Source: Pirellula sp. (lineage in GTDB: Bacteria; Planctomycetota; Planctomycetia; Pirellulales; Pirellulaceae). From it: 64,000 bases of DNA. Shown one piece after another: positions 1-9,527 of the stretch (the first letter of the stretch is position 1; each line of letters starts with the position of its first letter). The notes beneath the pieces are model-generated. The model had not been told where the DNA came from and made no database searches. It saw only the letters and a program-made list of their open reading frames with translations. A program made the position numbers and the translations under genes. The stretch is from the NCBI GenBank assembly GCA_031372345.1, contig JANMLD010000301.1:888-64887 (forward strand), given 5' to 3'.

Positions 1-1125
1 GGTCGGGTGCATTCCATCGCTGCTTGTTTGGACAACAGAGCAACGTTGGTTGCCGGCGCATTTAGCAGCAACGCCGAACGCTCCAAAGCGTCCGCACCCG
101 ACTACGACGTGTCTGAGGAGAGAGCGTACCCATCCTACCAAGCGATGTTCGAAGCCGAATCGAAGAAGCCCGCCGGTGAACGGATTGACTTCGTTTCCGT
201 TACGACCCCAAACCACACGCACTTTGAAGTTGCCAAGGCTGCCTTGGAAGCTGGCTTTCACGTCGTGTGCGATAAGCCGATGACCTTCGATTTGGCCCAA
301 GCCGAAGAGCTTGCCAAGCTGGTGGATGAATCCAAATCTGTCTTTGCGCTAACACACAATTACACAGGCTATCCGCTGATACGCCAAGCCCGCGAAATGA
401 TCCAAAGCGGCGAACTCGGTGAGATCCAAGCTGTTCGCTCCAACTACATCCAAGGTTGGCTGCGCACGCGACTGGAAGATCAAGACCAAAAACAAGCTGC
501 CTGGCGAACCGATCCCAAACAAAGTGGCGTAGCTGGCTGCTTTGGCGACATCGCCACTCATGCGTACAATCTCGGCCGCTTCATGACAGGGCTCTTGCCT
601 GCCGAAATCAGTTGCCACCTGAAAATATTTGAGCCCGGCCGCAAGCTGGACGACTATGGCACCGCCATCGTCCGATATCAAAATGGCGGACTCGGGACGG
701 TGACCGCAAGCCAAATCAGTCACGGTCGAGAAAACGATTTGTCCATCGAAATCGACGGAACCAAAGGTGCCCTTTCTTGGCGTCAAGAAGAGCCGAACGT
801 CATGGTGGTCCGTCAGAACGGACAACCGCATAAACTCTACACTCGGGATCCAAATGGGTCGTTCATGAACGCCAGCGGCAAGGCGGCATGCAGATTGCCA
901 AGCGGGCACCCCGAAGCGTTCTTCGAAGCATTTGCCAATATTTATGTCGCAGCCTTCGATGCCATGGTTGACGTCTCACAAGGCAAAACGATGGATCGCG
1001 TCAATACGCTCTATCCCAATGTGCACGATGGCGTTGAAGGCATGTACTTCATTGAGCAGTGTGTTGCCAGCAGCGCTCAAAACGGTGCTTGGGTTCCGAT
1101 GAGCCACCCCCGAGCACGAAAATAG
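1..1125 (+). CDS. Gfo/Idh/MocA family oxidoreductase (5' end outside window)
   Basis: The frame is open from base 1 (GRVH...). Motifs VSVTTPNHTH, HVVCDKP and GDIATH are typical of the family. Confidence 0.9.
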   Translation, partial: GRVHSIAACLDNRATLVAGAFSSNAERSKASAPDYDVSEERAYPSYQAMFEAESKKPAGERIDFVSVTTPNHTHFEVAKAALEAGFHVVCDKPMTFDLAQAEELAKLVDESKSVFALTHNYTGYPLIRQAREMIQSGELGEIQAVRSNYIQGWLRTRLEDQDQKQAAWRTDPKQSGVAGCFGDIATHAYNLGRFMTGLLPAEISCHLKIFEPGRKLDDYGTAIVRYQNGGLGTVTASQISHGRENDLSIEIDGTKGALSWRQEEPNVMVVRQNGQPHKLYTRDPNGSFMNASGKAACRLPSGHPEAFFEAFANIYVAAFDAMVDVSQGKTMDRVNTLYPNVHDGVEGMYFIEQCVASSAQNGAWVPMSHPRARK

Positions 1126-1130
1126 AACGA

Positions 1131-1380
1131 ATGCCCCCGAGTTCACTCGGGGGATATTTACCATATCTCTAGAAGAGATGGTCAGTACCCCTGGCGTGAA
1201 GCCAGGGGCATGCAATGCCCCCGAGTTCACTCGGGGGATGTTTACCATCTCTCTAGAAACAGACGGTCACGCCCCCTGGCGTGAAGCCAGGGGCATGAAA
1301 ATGCCCCCGAGTTCACTCGGGGGATTGTTACCATTGCTCTAGATTCGATGGTCAGGACCCAGCCTAAAGCCCGGGGCATG
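1131..1380 (+). repeat. Tandem array of three 80-86 nt triple-hairpin units (REP/BIME-like, family A)
   Basis: Units start at 1131, 1215 and 1301. atgcccccgagttcactcgggggat is identical in all three, followed by ttaccat..ctctaga..ggtca and a cccctggcgtgaagccagggg-type hairpin. Confidence 0.9.
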
Positions 1381-1438
1381 TAAAATTGCTATTAAAAAAA
1401 CCTCACCTCTCCAGACAACTCGTTTGAAAACTTGATTC

Positions 1439-3115
1439 ATGAACCAGCTCAATAAATTCTCCTCGCGCATTACACAACCGAAAAGCCAAGGGGCTTCCCA
1501 GGCAATGCTCTATGGAACCGGCATGACCCCGGAGGACATGAACAAAGGCCAAGTTGGCATCGGAAGCGTTTGGTACGAGGGGAACACTTGCAACATGCAC
1601 CTTCTGGACTTGGCGCTTGCAGTCAAGAAGGCTGTGGTTGAGGAAAATCTTGTTGGTATGCGATTCAATACCGTCGGTGTAAGCGATGGAATCAGCATGG
1701 GGACCGATGGCATGTCCTACTCGCTCCAGTCCAGGGATCTCATCGCCGACTCCATCGAAACGATAATGGGCGCTCAGTGGTACGACGCCCTGATCGCATT
1801 GCCTGGTTGCGACAAGAACATGCCCGGCTGCTTGATGGCGATGGGCAGACTGAATCGCCCATCAATCATGGTCTACGGCGGAACGATTCGGGCTGGAAAA
1901 TGGAACGGCCATTCGCTGGACATTGTTTCTGCCTTCCAATGCTATGGCCAATACATTTCAGGTCAAATCGATGAAGAAACGCGAGCCAATATCGTTCGAA
2001 AATCTTGCCCTGGTGCAGGTGCCTGCGGCGGCATGTACACTGCCAACACAATGGCATCCGCCATTGAAGCGTTAGGTATGTCGCTGCCATACTCGGCTTC
2101 GATTCCCGCCGAGGACCCAGCCAAAATGGACGAATGCAGGCGGGCCGCCAAGGCCATTCGACACCTCATGGAAATCGATCTCAAACCTCGCGATATCATG
2201 ACTCGAGCTGCGTTCGAAAACGCGATGGTCATCGTGGTGGCCTTGGGAGGTAGCACCAACGCGGTCCTCCACTTGATCGCCATGGCACGTAGCGTCGGAA
2301 TCGATTTGCAATTGGATGATTTTCAGAAAGTAAGCGATCGCGTTCCGTTTCTTGCGGACTTAAAACCTTCTGGGAAGTTTGTCCAAGAAGATCTTCATTC
2401 CGTCGGTGGTACCCCAGCCGTGATCAAGTATTTGTTGGCAGAGGGGCTCATGACTGGCGACTGCATGACCGTGACCGGCAAAACCTTAGCGGAAAACGTC
2501 GCGGATCTACCCGGTTTGAAAGTGGGGCAAAAAGTCGTTCAGCCAATCACCAACCCGATTAAGGCCACCGGGCACATTCAAATCCTGTTTGGCAATCTAG
2601 CCCCGGAAGGTTCCGTCGCCAAAATCACAGGTAAAGAAGGCATGCGGTTTTCCGGTCCAGCACGTTGCTACGACAGCGAAGAGCTCATGCTCGCGGCGTT
2701 GGAAAAAGGACAAATCCAAAAAGGAGACGTTATCATCATTCGCTATGAAGGCCCCAAGGGTGGTCCAGGCATGCCAGAGATGTTGACGCCCACGTCTGCC
2801 ATCATGGGTGCGGGTCTTGGCTCCGATGTTGCCCTCTTAACCGACGGCCGTTTTTCCGGTGGCTCACACGGATTTATCGTGGGGCACGTGACTCCCGAAG
2901 CACAAGAGGGAGGACCTTTGGCCTTGGTGATGGACAATGACCTTGTCACATTGGACGCTAACACGAATCGACTCGACGTCGCTGTGTCCAATGCTGAGAT
3001 GGCATCGCGACGAGCAAATTGGCAAGCTCCGCCGCTGAAAGCAACACGCGGTACGCTCTACAAATACATCAAAAATGTAAAAAGCGCCAGCGAAGGCTGC
3101 GTTACCGACGAGTAA
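1439..3115 (+). CDS. ilvD: Dihydroxy-acid dehydratase
   Basis: Motifs [45 protein letters not shown] and TDGRFSGG. Confidence 0.97.
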   Translation: MNQLNKFSSRITQPKSQGASQAMLYGTGMTPEDMNKGQVGIGSVWYEGNTCNMHLLDLALAVKKAVVEENLVGMRFNTVGVSDGISMGTDGMSYSLQSRDLIADSIETIMGAQWYDALIALPGCDKNMPGCLMAMGRLNRPSIMVYGGTIRAGKWNGHSLDIVSAFQCYGQYISGQIDEETRANIVRKSCPGAGACGGMYTANTMASAIEALGMSLPYSASIPAEDPAKMDECRRAAKAIRHLMEIDLKPRDIMTRAAFENAMVIVVALGGSTNAVLHLIAMARSVGIDLQLDDFQKVSDRVPFLADLKPSGKFVQEDLHSVGGTPAVIKYLLAEGLMTGDCMTVTGKTLAENVADLPGLKVGQKVVQPITNPIKATGHIQILFGNLAPEGSVAKITGKEGMRFSGPARCYDSEELMLAALEKGQIQKGDVIIIRYEGPKGGPGMPEMLTPTSAIMGAGLGSDVALLTDGRFSGGSHGFIVGHVTPEAQEGGPLALVMDNDLVTLDANTNRLDVAVSNAEMASRRANWQAPPLKATRGTLYKYIKNVKSASEGCVTDE

Positions 3116-3133
3116 GAAACCAGTGTTTCGCTA

Positions 3134-3220
3134 CCACTGGCTTCATGCCAGTGGGGCGATAATTGGCAGCTACTTGCATCCCGTGAGGGGCTAGGCCTCC
3201 ACCGGTTTCCTACCGGTGGA
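3134..3220. repeat. Two short hairpins downstream of ilvD (REP-like or terminator-like)
   Basis: ccactggc-ttcat-gccagtgg (3134-3154) and tccaccggt-ttcct-accggtgga (3198-3220). The first is a reverse-oriented variant of the family A third hairpin. Confidence 0.65.
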
Positions 3221-3502
3221 AGCAGCGTTTCTCGCATCCAATCGTCGCTCCCACCGAGTAAACTCGATTGAGAGCTCGAGCAGAATGATTACGCCTGTAG
3301 CCGCCAATTGCTGCCTCCGTCGGGGCGGGCCCGAACGGAAGGCGTAGGGTTGGCCAAACCCGCGTTTAGCGTAACGTAACACTTGTGAGTTGTATAACGT
3401 AACTTGCGACTCACCACCCCCGTCCTAAAATCATGGACGTGCCACATGGGTGGTGCGCACCGTGCGAATCCTTTAAAGGCCCGGAAGCGAAAGGCGACAA
3501 TC

Positions 3503-4921
3503 ATGAGACATTCACCCATGAAAACACTATTCGTTCTCGCGTTTACGTTGTGTGTGCTATGTGGCTCAACGCATGCAGACACAAAGAGCCCGAACATTGT
3601 GGTAGTCTTTATTGATGACATGGGCTGGGGTGACTTCTCCTGCTTCGGCAACGAAGAAGCGCAAACACCGAACGTGGACCGTCTGGCTGAAGAAGGAATT
3701 CGCTTTTCGCAGTTTTACGTCAACTCACCCATTTGTTCTCCTTCCCGATGTGCGCTCGCAACCGGTCAGTATCCACAACGCTGGAAGATCACATCGTTTC
3801 TAAATAACCGCGCTGACAACCAGCGCCGTGGCGTCTCGAATTGGCTTGACCCAACCGCGCCAACATTGGCTCGCACACTCCATCAAAACGGATACACCAC
3901 CGGTCATTTCGGCAAATGGCACCTCGGTGGCCAACGCGATGTCGAAGACGCACCGGCAATCAGCGCTTATGGCTTTGATGAATCACTCACCAACTTCGAA
4001 GGCATGGGTGCAAAGTTGCTTCCACTGACGATGAAGCCCGGCGATGAGAAGGCTGGTCGTATCTGGTCTGATGCGGAGCGCCTTGGCAAACCTGTCACCT
4101 GGATGCAGCGTTCCAAGATCACGAGCGGCTTCGTCGATGCCGCCATACCTTTCATCGATAAGGCAGTGAGCGGCGGCAAGCCCTTTTATGTCAATCTGTT
4201 CCCTGATGACGTTCACAGCCCGTTTTGGCCACCTGTAGAACAATGGACTGAAAGCAAACGTGGGCAATATCTTGCAGTTTTGCGGGAGATGGACCATCAA
4301 CTTGGTAAACTTTTCGATCACATTCGGTCGAGTCCAGCCTTGCGTGACAACACGCTCATCCTCGTTTGCTCCGACAACGGACCCGAGCCTGGCGCAGGGA
4401 GCGCTGGTCCGTTTCGGGGCACTAAGGCAACGCTTTACGAAGGAGGAATTCGCTCACCACTCATCGTATGGGCACCAGGTCTAATGGAACCTGGCAAATT
4501 TGGCACGCGCAATGAAACGTCGGTCTTCGCCGCATTCGATCTAGTACCCTCCTTGCTCGCAATTGCAAAGGTGAGTGATCCACAAGGTATCTCTTTCGAT
4601 GGCGAAAACCTATCGCAAGTAATTCTTGGAAGAAGCACCGGTTCGCATACGTCAGCGATCTTCTGGCGACGCCCACCGGATCGAAAGTCGATGCAGACTA
4701 CAGAGCGATTGCCTGACCTTGCGGTTCGCGACGAAAATTGGAAACTACTTTGTGAATACGACGGCACCTTGCCGCAGTTATATGACCTTGCTATGGACAG
4801 GGCAGAGACCACCAACCTAGCAACTCAGCACCCCGAAGTGGTCACTCGTCTGACCGCTTCGGTTGTAGCTTGGCACCAGTCGATGCCTCCCGACAATGGT
4901 CCGGCGCTTGGAGGCAATTAG
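3503..4921 (+). CDS. Secreted formylglycine-dependent sulfatase (arylsulfatase-like)
   Basis: Signal peptide, IDDMGWGD, CSPSR (CxPxR), GKWHLG and SDNG. Start moved to ATG 3503; 3518 is also possible. Confidence 0.93.
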   Translation: MRHSPMKTLFVLAFTLCVLCGSTHADTKSPNIVVVFIDDMGWGDFSCFGNEEAQTPNVDRLAEEGIRFSQFYVNSPICSPSRCALATGQYPQRWKITSFLNNRADNQRRGVSNWLDPTAPTLARTLHQNGYTTGHFGKWHLGGQRDVEDAPAISAYGFDESLTNFEGMGAKLLPLTMKPGDEKAGRIWSDAERLGKPVTWMQRSKITSGFVDAAIPFIDKAVSGGKPFYVNLFPDDVHSPFWPPVEQWTESKRGQYLAVLREMDHQLGKLFDHIRSSPALRDNTLILVCSDNGPEPGAGSAGPFRGTKATLYEGGIRSPLIVWAPGLMEPGKFGTRNETSVFAAFDLVPSLLAIAKVSDPQGISFDGENLSQVILGRSTGSHTSAIFWRRPPDRKSMQTTERLPDLAVRDENWKLLCEYDGTLPQLYDLAMDRAETTNLATQHPEVVTRLTASVVAWHQSMPPDNGPALGGN

Positions 4922-5125
4922 GCGAGCGGCAAAATTATTGATACCTGGAGGGAGAGGCTACCCCTGTAACCATCTTTGCAATGTCTAATCGATTGGAAAA
5001 CAACGCGAGAGGAAAACAACGGGAGAGCGAGGCTCCTGCCGAGCTGGTGCCGTCATTGTTCGGCAGGAGCCTCACCCTCCCTTGAGAACTTTTGGTCGGT
5101 AGTTTTCACTCTGCCGCTCGACTAA
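4918..5125 (-). mobile_element. MITE-like element (reverse orientation) carrying a family C REP doublet
   Basis: Ends ttaggcgagcggca (4918) and agttttcactctgccgctcgactaa (5101-5125). Internal palindrome gggagagcgaggctcctgccgagc...ttcggcaggagcctcaccctccc at 5021-5081. Confidence 0.6.
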
Positions 5126-5240
5126 GGCGAGCGGCGATGTGAAAACTACCAATCATAACCCGATACGTAAGTGAGGGACCTGCGAAATTGTCCCTCGCTT
5201 ACGCTTCGGGTTGGGATACTGCAATCTGCCGCTCGCCTAA
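5123..5240 (+). mobile_element. MITE-like element carrying a family B REP doublet
   Basis: taaggcgagcggcgatgtgaaaac ... aacccgatacgtaagtgaggga/tccctcgcttacgcttcgggtt ... ctgccgctcgcctaa. A near-identical copy lies at 12572-12711. Confidence 0.75.
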
Positions 5241-5282
5241 GCGCAGCCAAAGGCTGCATTTGGCTTGCCTTAACGGATATTC

Positions 5283-7463
5283 TCATCGGCAGTACAAGAT
5301 CGCAACGGACGACCAATAAAACGCGCTGAATCCAAGTCCAGTCAAGATGAACTGCCAAGTCTTGGTCCATCGGTTTCGACCAAGCCAACCGATACGAGGC
5401 CTTTCGCAGAAGCCTGTGTCGGCGTCCGTGTCACACGGCCTAGATAAATTCTTGCCTAACAAATTGAAGGGGACTGCGGCGAAGAAGCCGCCTAAAAATG
5501 CCCATTCAAATAGCAAACTCAAACGGCGACACAACAGAAAATAGGCTAAGCAGGTGGTCAATAAAAAAAGCACTGCACCGGTAGATTGTAGCCGCTGCAA
5601 GCGATTGCGACTCTCCATCCGCTTAGACAGATTGGCGATCGCGACGTGCCAGGCAACATACAAGCAGATGTGCCATGTGAAAATGAATTCGTGGCTCCAC
5701 TTGCTAATAACCGTAGTTCCCAAAGCTCCAAGCACAAAGGCCAGTATCCAAAAGGCCCAGGTTTCTAACCTCGCCAACCAGTCGAATGCTCTCGCTTCTG
5801 GAGAAAGGACATGTCTTGAAGCAAACTTGAATAGTCCTGTACACAATTGGACGATTGCAAACGAACCACCCAGGATGCCAAATAGGCTAATCAGATACCA
5901 TCTCCATAACCAGGTGATACTTGGCAGATCAAATAGGTACTCTGGTTCAACTCCCAGCAGCAGACTTGCGATGTCGCGAAATTTTCCCTGCGGGATTGCG
6001 TTCACGGGCATGGCATTCGTCTTGAGCCACGGTTCAAGCGATTCCGGCTCTCCCAGGTAAACACAAACAGCCCGGCTATGGTTTCGAACGTAAAGTCGAT
6101 GGTGGAAGAGCACCGGCTGCGTCCAGCATATCTCGCCACTGAGCAACGTGGTTCGAGATAACTCTTGGTATTTCTCGCGACTAGCGCGTGCCAAGATCAA
6201 CTCGCCTAGATCATTCATCAGTATCAATTTACGATCAGCAACCAGTACCGTCGCGTGCCCAATCAATAACTCATTGGTACTATTGCTTGATATGATCGCG
6301 GAATCAGACGTTGCATTGGTTGGACTTCTTTGCAATCGTCCATTACCAACGGACCACAATTCCTGACCGGAGCGAAAATCGACACAACGAAAAATGCCAC
6401 GACTGGTGCGATGCGTCTTTGCCTGTGCTTCCTGCAAATCGAATCCAAAGAGAGCGCCGTCATACAGGACGCTCGAAAAAATGTCGTTGGACATCAAACG
6501 GCTTTGCCGAACGGATCGAATAGGCTGTCTGCTCTCTGTGGTGATTTCAAGAAGCTCGGAGCCGCGTTGGAACGGCCCGGTAATCCACAGAAAAGGCTCC
6601 TCGTATATGGGCCAAGCCGAATGCTCATCATAGCCGCTCGACAAATCGTATCGCCAAATCAACTCACCTGTTTCCGTGTCGTAACATGCAATCAGATTCT
6701 GCAAGGTAGCAACCACGCACGATCGTCCTTGAAAGGTAATCGGATAAGCCGAACAATAGCTTGCTGATGATTCTGTGCCTCGCGATCGAATAGGGCTCTC
6801 GACGGGCTTGGGGTAAACTCCTTTCCAAAGTACAAATCCAGTCGCTTTGTCGAGTGCGACCACGCTTGCGTCGCGCGCACCGACTGGCAGGAGGATCTTG
6901 TTGCCCAACACGATAGGTGAGCAGGAATAACCAAAGCCTGGTACTTTGACTTCAAACGTCCTTTCTAACTCGATCGACCAAATCATCTTGCCTGAATCGG
7001 CCTTCAAGCATCCGACCAAACCGGTCGGGCTCGTGAAATAGACAAAGCCGTTGTCGTAGACGGGAGTGGAACGAGGTCCCGGATACACGCCGGCAGGGTC
7101 GTACGCCCAGCCATAACGATATTGCCATTTCGTTGCACCCGTATCTGCGAACATGCAGACGATATATTGTCCAGCTAAATCTTGGTATTGGGTCGCAACG
7201 AATTGGTCCCAAGCGATGAATGCCGAGTAGCCTTGACCAAGATCGCGGGTCCACAAGACGGGTGGCCCCTCCAGCGGCCAATGTTCGGCAAGCCCGATTT
7301 CAAGTGATTTACTGTTCCATGCGGGCCCGCGAATCGTCGACCAATCCTGGTTCTTTGACGGCGAAGCTGCTTGACCTAGCAAAATCGGGACGAAGATCGC
7401 CAGCCCAAGCAAGATGCCCATCCACTTCGTTGCGACATGTTTCGCGATGGCGGTGACTTTCAT
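5283..7463 (-). CDS. PQQ-like beta-propeller (BamB-like) protein with C-terminal multi-pass membrane domain
   Basis: Signal sequence, W..RGP..N and GPRSTP motifs, repeated G...W propeller motifs, and several hydrophobic helices in the last ~200 aa. Confidence 0.8.
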   Translation of the reverse strand: MKVTAIAKHVATKWMGILLGLAIFVPILLGQAASPSKNQDWSTIRGPAWNSKSLEIGLAEHWPLEGPPVLWTRDLGQGYSAFIAWDQFVATQYQDLAGQYIVCMFADTGATKWQYRYGWAYDPAGVYPGPRSTPVYDNGFVYFTSPTGLVGCLKADSGKMIWSIELERTFEVKVPGFGYSCSPIVLGNKILLPVGARDASVVALDKATGFVLWKGVYPKPVESPIRSRGTESSASYCSAYPITFQGRSCVVATLQNLIACYDTETGELIWRYDLSSGYDEHSAWPIYEEPFLWITGPFQRGSELLEITTESRQPIRSVRQSRLMSNDIFSSVLYDGALFGFDLQEAQAKTHRTSRGIFRCVDFRSGQELWSVGNGRLQRSPTNATSDSAIISSNSTNELLIGHATVLVADRKLILMNDLGELILARASREKYQELSRTTLLSGEICWTQPVLFHHRLYVRNHSRAVCVYLGEPESLEPWLKTNAMPVNAIPQGKFRDIASLLLGVEPEYLFDLPSITWLWRWYLISLFGILGGSFAIVQLCTGLFKFASRHVLSPEARAFDWLARLETWAFWILAFVLGALGTTVISKWSHEFIFTWHICLYVAWHVAIANLSKRMESRNRLQRLQSTGAVLFLLTTCLAYFLLCRRLSLLFEWAFLGGFFAAVPFNLLGKNLSRPCDTDADTGFCERPRIGWLGRNRWTKTWQFILTGLGFSAFYWSSVAILYCR

Positions 7464-7603
7464 AGCAGGAATAACATTCCGTGGTCAAGAATCGAGCGTC
7501 GTGGCCGACGTTGCTAGCGTCGGCTCAACTACCGAAGCACAACCGGCTCGGATGCTAGCAGCATCCGCCACGATGAAGCCCAAAAACCTGAAATGGATAG
7601 ATA

Positions 7604-8374
7604 CTAGAACTTAGGATCGCGTTTTTCGGCAAATGCGGCCAGACCTTCTTTGGCTGCGTCTGTACTACAAGCCGTGGCCATCATCGCAGCACCGCTCACC
7701 AAATGCGTCATGAGCGATTCCCCGATCATTTCGTTGAGCAAGCGTTTGCTAAGCTGGACGGATTCGGCAGCTCCCAACGCAATTTTCGAAGCCATCTCGT
7801 TCGCTTTGGCCCATACCAACTCAGACGCAACCAGATGATGCACAATACCCACGCGATGCGCTTCGTGTGCATCGAAGCACTCGGCCCCCAGAAGCATTCT
7901 GGACGCGACCCCCGCACCGCATCGAAACGATAATAGAGGTGCAACCAGGCCGGAGATTAGACCATGCTTGGCAGCCGCCAATTCAAATCGAGATCCTGGA
8001 CTGGCAACCACCAAATCGCTCGCAAGCACCAAAGCCATGCCCATGCCGAAGACCGATCCGTCTATCGCCGCGATGATCGGCTTGGGAAACCGTAACATCA
8101 CCTCCACCAACTCCTGCAGTTCGGAGGCGACTTCTTGCCATTGCTCAAAGGGTTCACTTTCCTTGACGATCGTGTCCCATTGCTTCAAGTCAACACCGGA
8201 ACAAAAAACTGAACCGGAGGAGGCCAAGATGACCGCCCGCACCGATTTTTCGCGATGGAAATCGGCAAACGCTTGGATCAGTTCAGCAACCATTGCGCGC
8301 GACAGCGCATTTCGATTGACGGAATGATCGAGAATGATAGTGCCGCTGGGGGGTTGTTTTTGTTGCCTAAGCAT
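7604..8374 (-). CDS. Enoyl-CoA hydratase/isomerase (crotonase) family protein
   Basis: Motifs NAL, FCSGVDLK, PKPIIAAIDG, LASD, AHRVGIVH and EGLAAFAEKRDP. Confidence 0.9.
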   Translation of the reverse strand: MLRQQKQPPSGTIILDHSVNRNALSRAMVAELIQAFADFHREKSVRAVILASSGSVFCSGVDLKQWDTIVKESEPFEQWQEVASELQELVEVMLRFPKPIIAAIDGSVFGMGMALVLASDLVVASPGSRFELAAAKHGLISGLVAPLLSFRCGAGVASRMLLGAECFDAHEAHRVGIVHHLVASELVWAKANEMASKIALGAAESVQLSKRLLNEMIGESLMTHLVSGAAMMATACSTDAAKEGLAAFAEKRDPKF

Positions 8375-8396
8375 GGTGAAACCGCGTTCGATTCAA

Positions 8397-9482
8397 TTAA
8401 CCCGATGCCAGAATATCGAGCGTATGCTGAAGATCAGCCGGCAAGGGCGCCTCGAAACTCATTCGCTGCCCGGTCTTGGGGTGGTCGAATTCCAGTTTCG
8501 CAGCGTGCAATGCATGGCGTCTCAAAACAATCTCGGAATCGGTTTCGAGCGGTGGCAGACCGCGTACTTGCCGCCGTTGCAACTGGGCTCTCAGTACGGT
8601 CGCATGGCCGCCATACAGTCTGTCGCATAAAACCGGACACCCGATGTGAGCTAAGTGCAATCGGATTTGGTGAGTTCGACCGGTTTTCGGCTGAACTTGC
8701 AAGAATGCATAGCCCGGAAAGCGTTTGAGGACCTCAAAAAACGTTTCGGCGTCGCGACTCGAGTGATGACCCGCTCGAATCGCCATCTTATCGCGTTGGT
8801 AAGGATGGTTGCCGATCGGTTGAATGATCCGGTCCCGATCTCGATCAAGCGTGCCAGCGACAATTGCCAAATAGGTTTTATTGACTTCGCGAGATTCAAA
8901 CTGGGCGCACAATTTGAAATGGACCTCGTTGGTCTTTGCAATCACGATGACACCACTGGTGTCGCGATCAAGTCGGTGCACAATGCCTGGCCTAGTTGGC
9001 CCGCCCGCATCGCTCAATTGCTGAAAGTGATACGCCAAGGCGGCGGTCAGCGTACCCGACCAATGCCCCTTGGCTGGATGAACGACCATCCCTGGAAATT
9101 TGTTTACGATGACGAGGCAATCGTCCTCGAATAGGATGTCCAACGGAATGTTTTCGGGAATCGGCCCTTCTTTAGGAGGTGGCGGAAGCAGGTTTACGGT
9201 GATTGTTTGACCGGCAAATACCTTAAATGCAGGTTTGACCGGTTTTCCATTCACGCAAACTTTGTCCTCCATTACGATGCGGCGCAAGAAGACTCGGCTG
9301 TAGCTGTCGAGTAGGAGCGCAAGCACCAGATCGACGCGTTTACCCGAATGCTGCTCGGAGACGACAAATTCTAGGTCACGTAGTTCCAAACCAGAATCGA
9401 TTGGATCCAATTCCGATTCAGGAGCGTGGAGCGATTCGGTTTCGTCCAGCGGGAGTTCGTCAATTGAATCTGCGTTTGCCAT
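8397..9482 (-). CDS. rluD: RluA-family pseudouridine synthase with S4 domain (RluD-like)
   Basis: Motifs VVHPAKGH..GTL, IVHRLDRDTSG, TGRTHQIR and LHA..L.F.HP. Confidence 0.9.
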   Translation of the reverse strand: MANADSIDELPLDETESLHAPESELDPIDSGLELRDLEFVVSEQHSGKRVDLVLALLLDSYSRVFLRRIVMEDKVCVNGKPVKPAFKVFAGQTITVNLLPPPPKEGPIPENIPLDILFEDDCLVIVNKFPGMVVHPAKGHWSGTLTAALAYHFQQLSDAGGPTRPGIVHRLDRDTSGVIVIAKTNEVHFKLCAQFESREVNKTYLAIVAGTLDRDRDRIIQPIGNHPYQRDKMAIRAGHHSSRDAETFFEVLKRFPGYAFLQVQPKTGRTHQIRLHLAHIGCPVLCDRLYGGHATVLRAQLQRRQVRGLPPLETDSEIVLRRHALHAAKLEFDHPKTGQRMSFEAPLPADLQHTLDILASG

Positions 9483-9527
9483 GGACCTGTGTCATTTCTC
9501 GAATCGGTAACGCAGAAGAATGGAAGT

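Noticed and set aside
1131-1380. CRISPR array (25-nt identical repeat x3)
   Set aside because: The intervening segments are homologous to each other and structured, not unique spacers. No cas genes are present, and a dispersed copy exists at 17570.
3221-3502. Riboswitch or ncRNA upstream of the sulfatase
   Set aside because: No recognisable aptamer consensus is present, and the region contains only REP fragments (for example gcgaaaggcgaca at 3487-3499).
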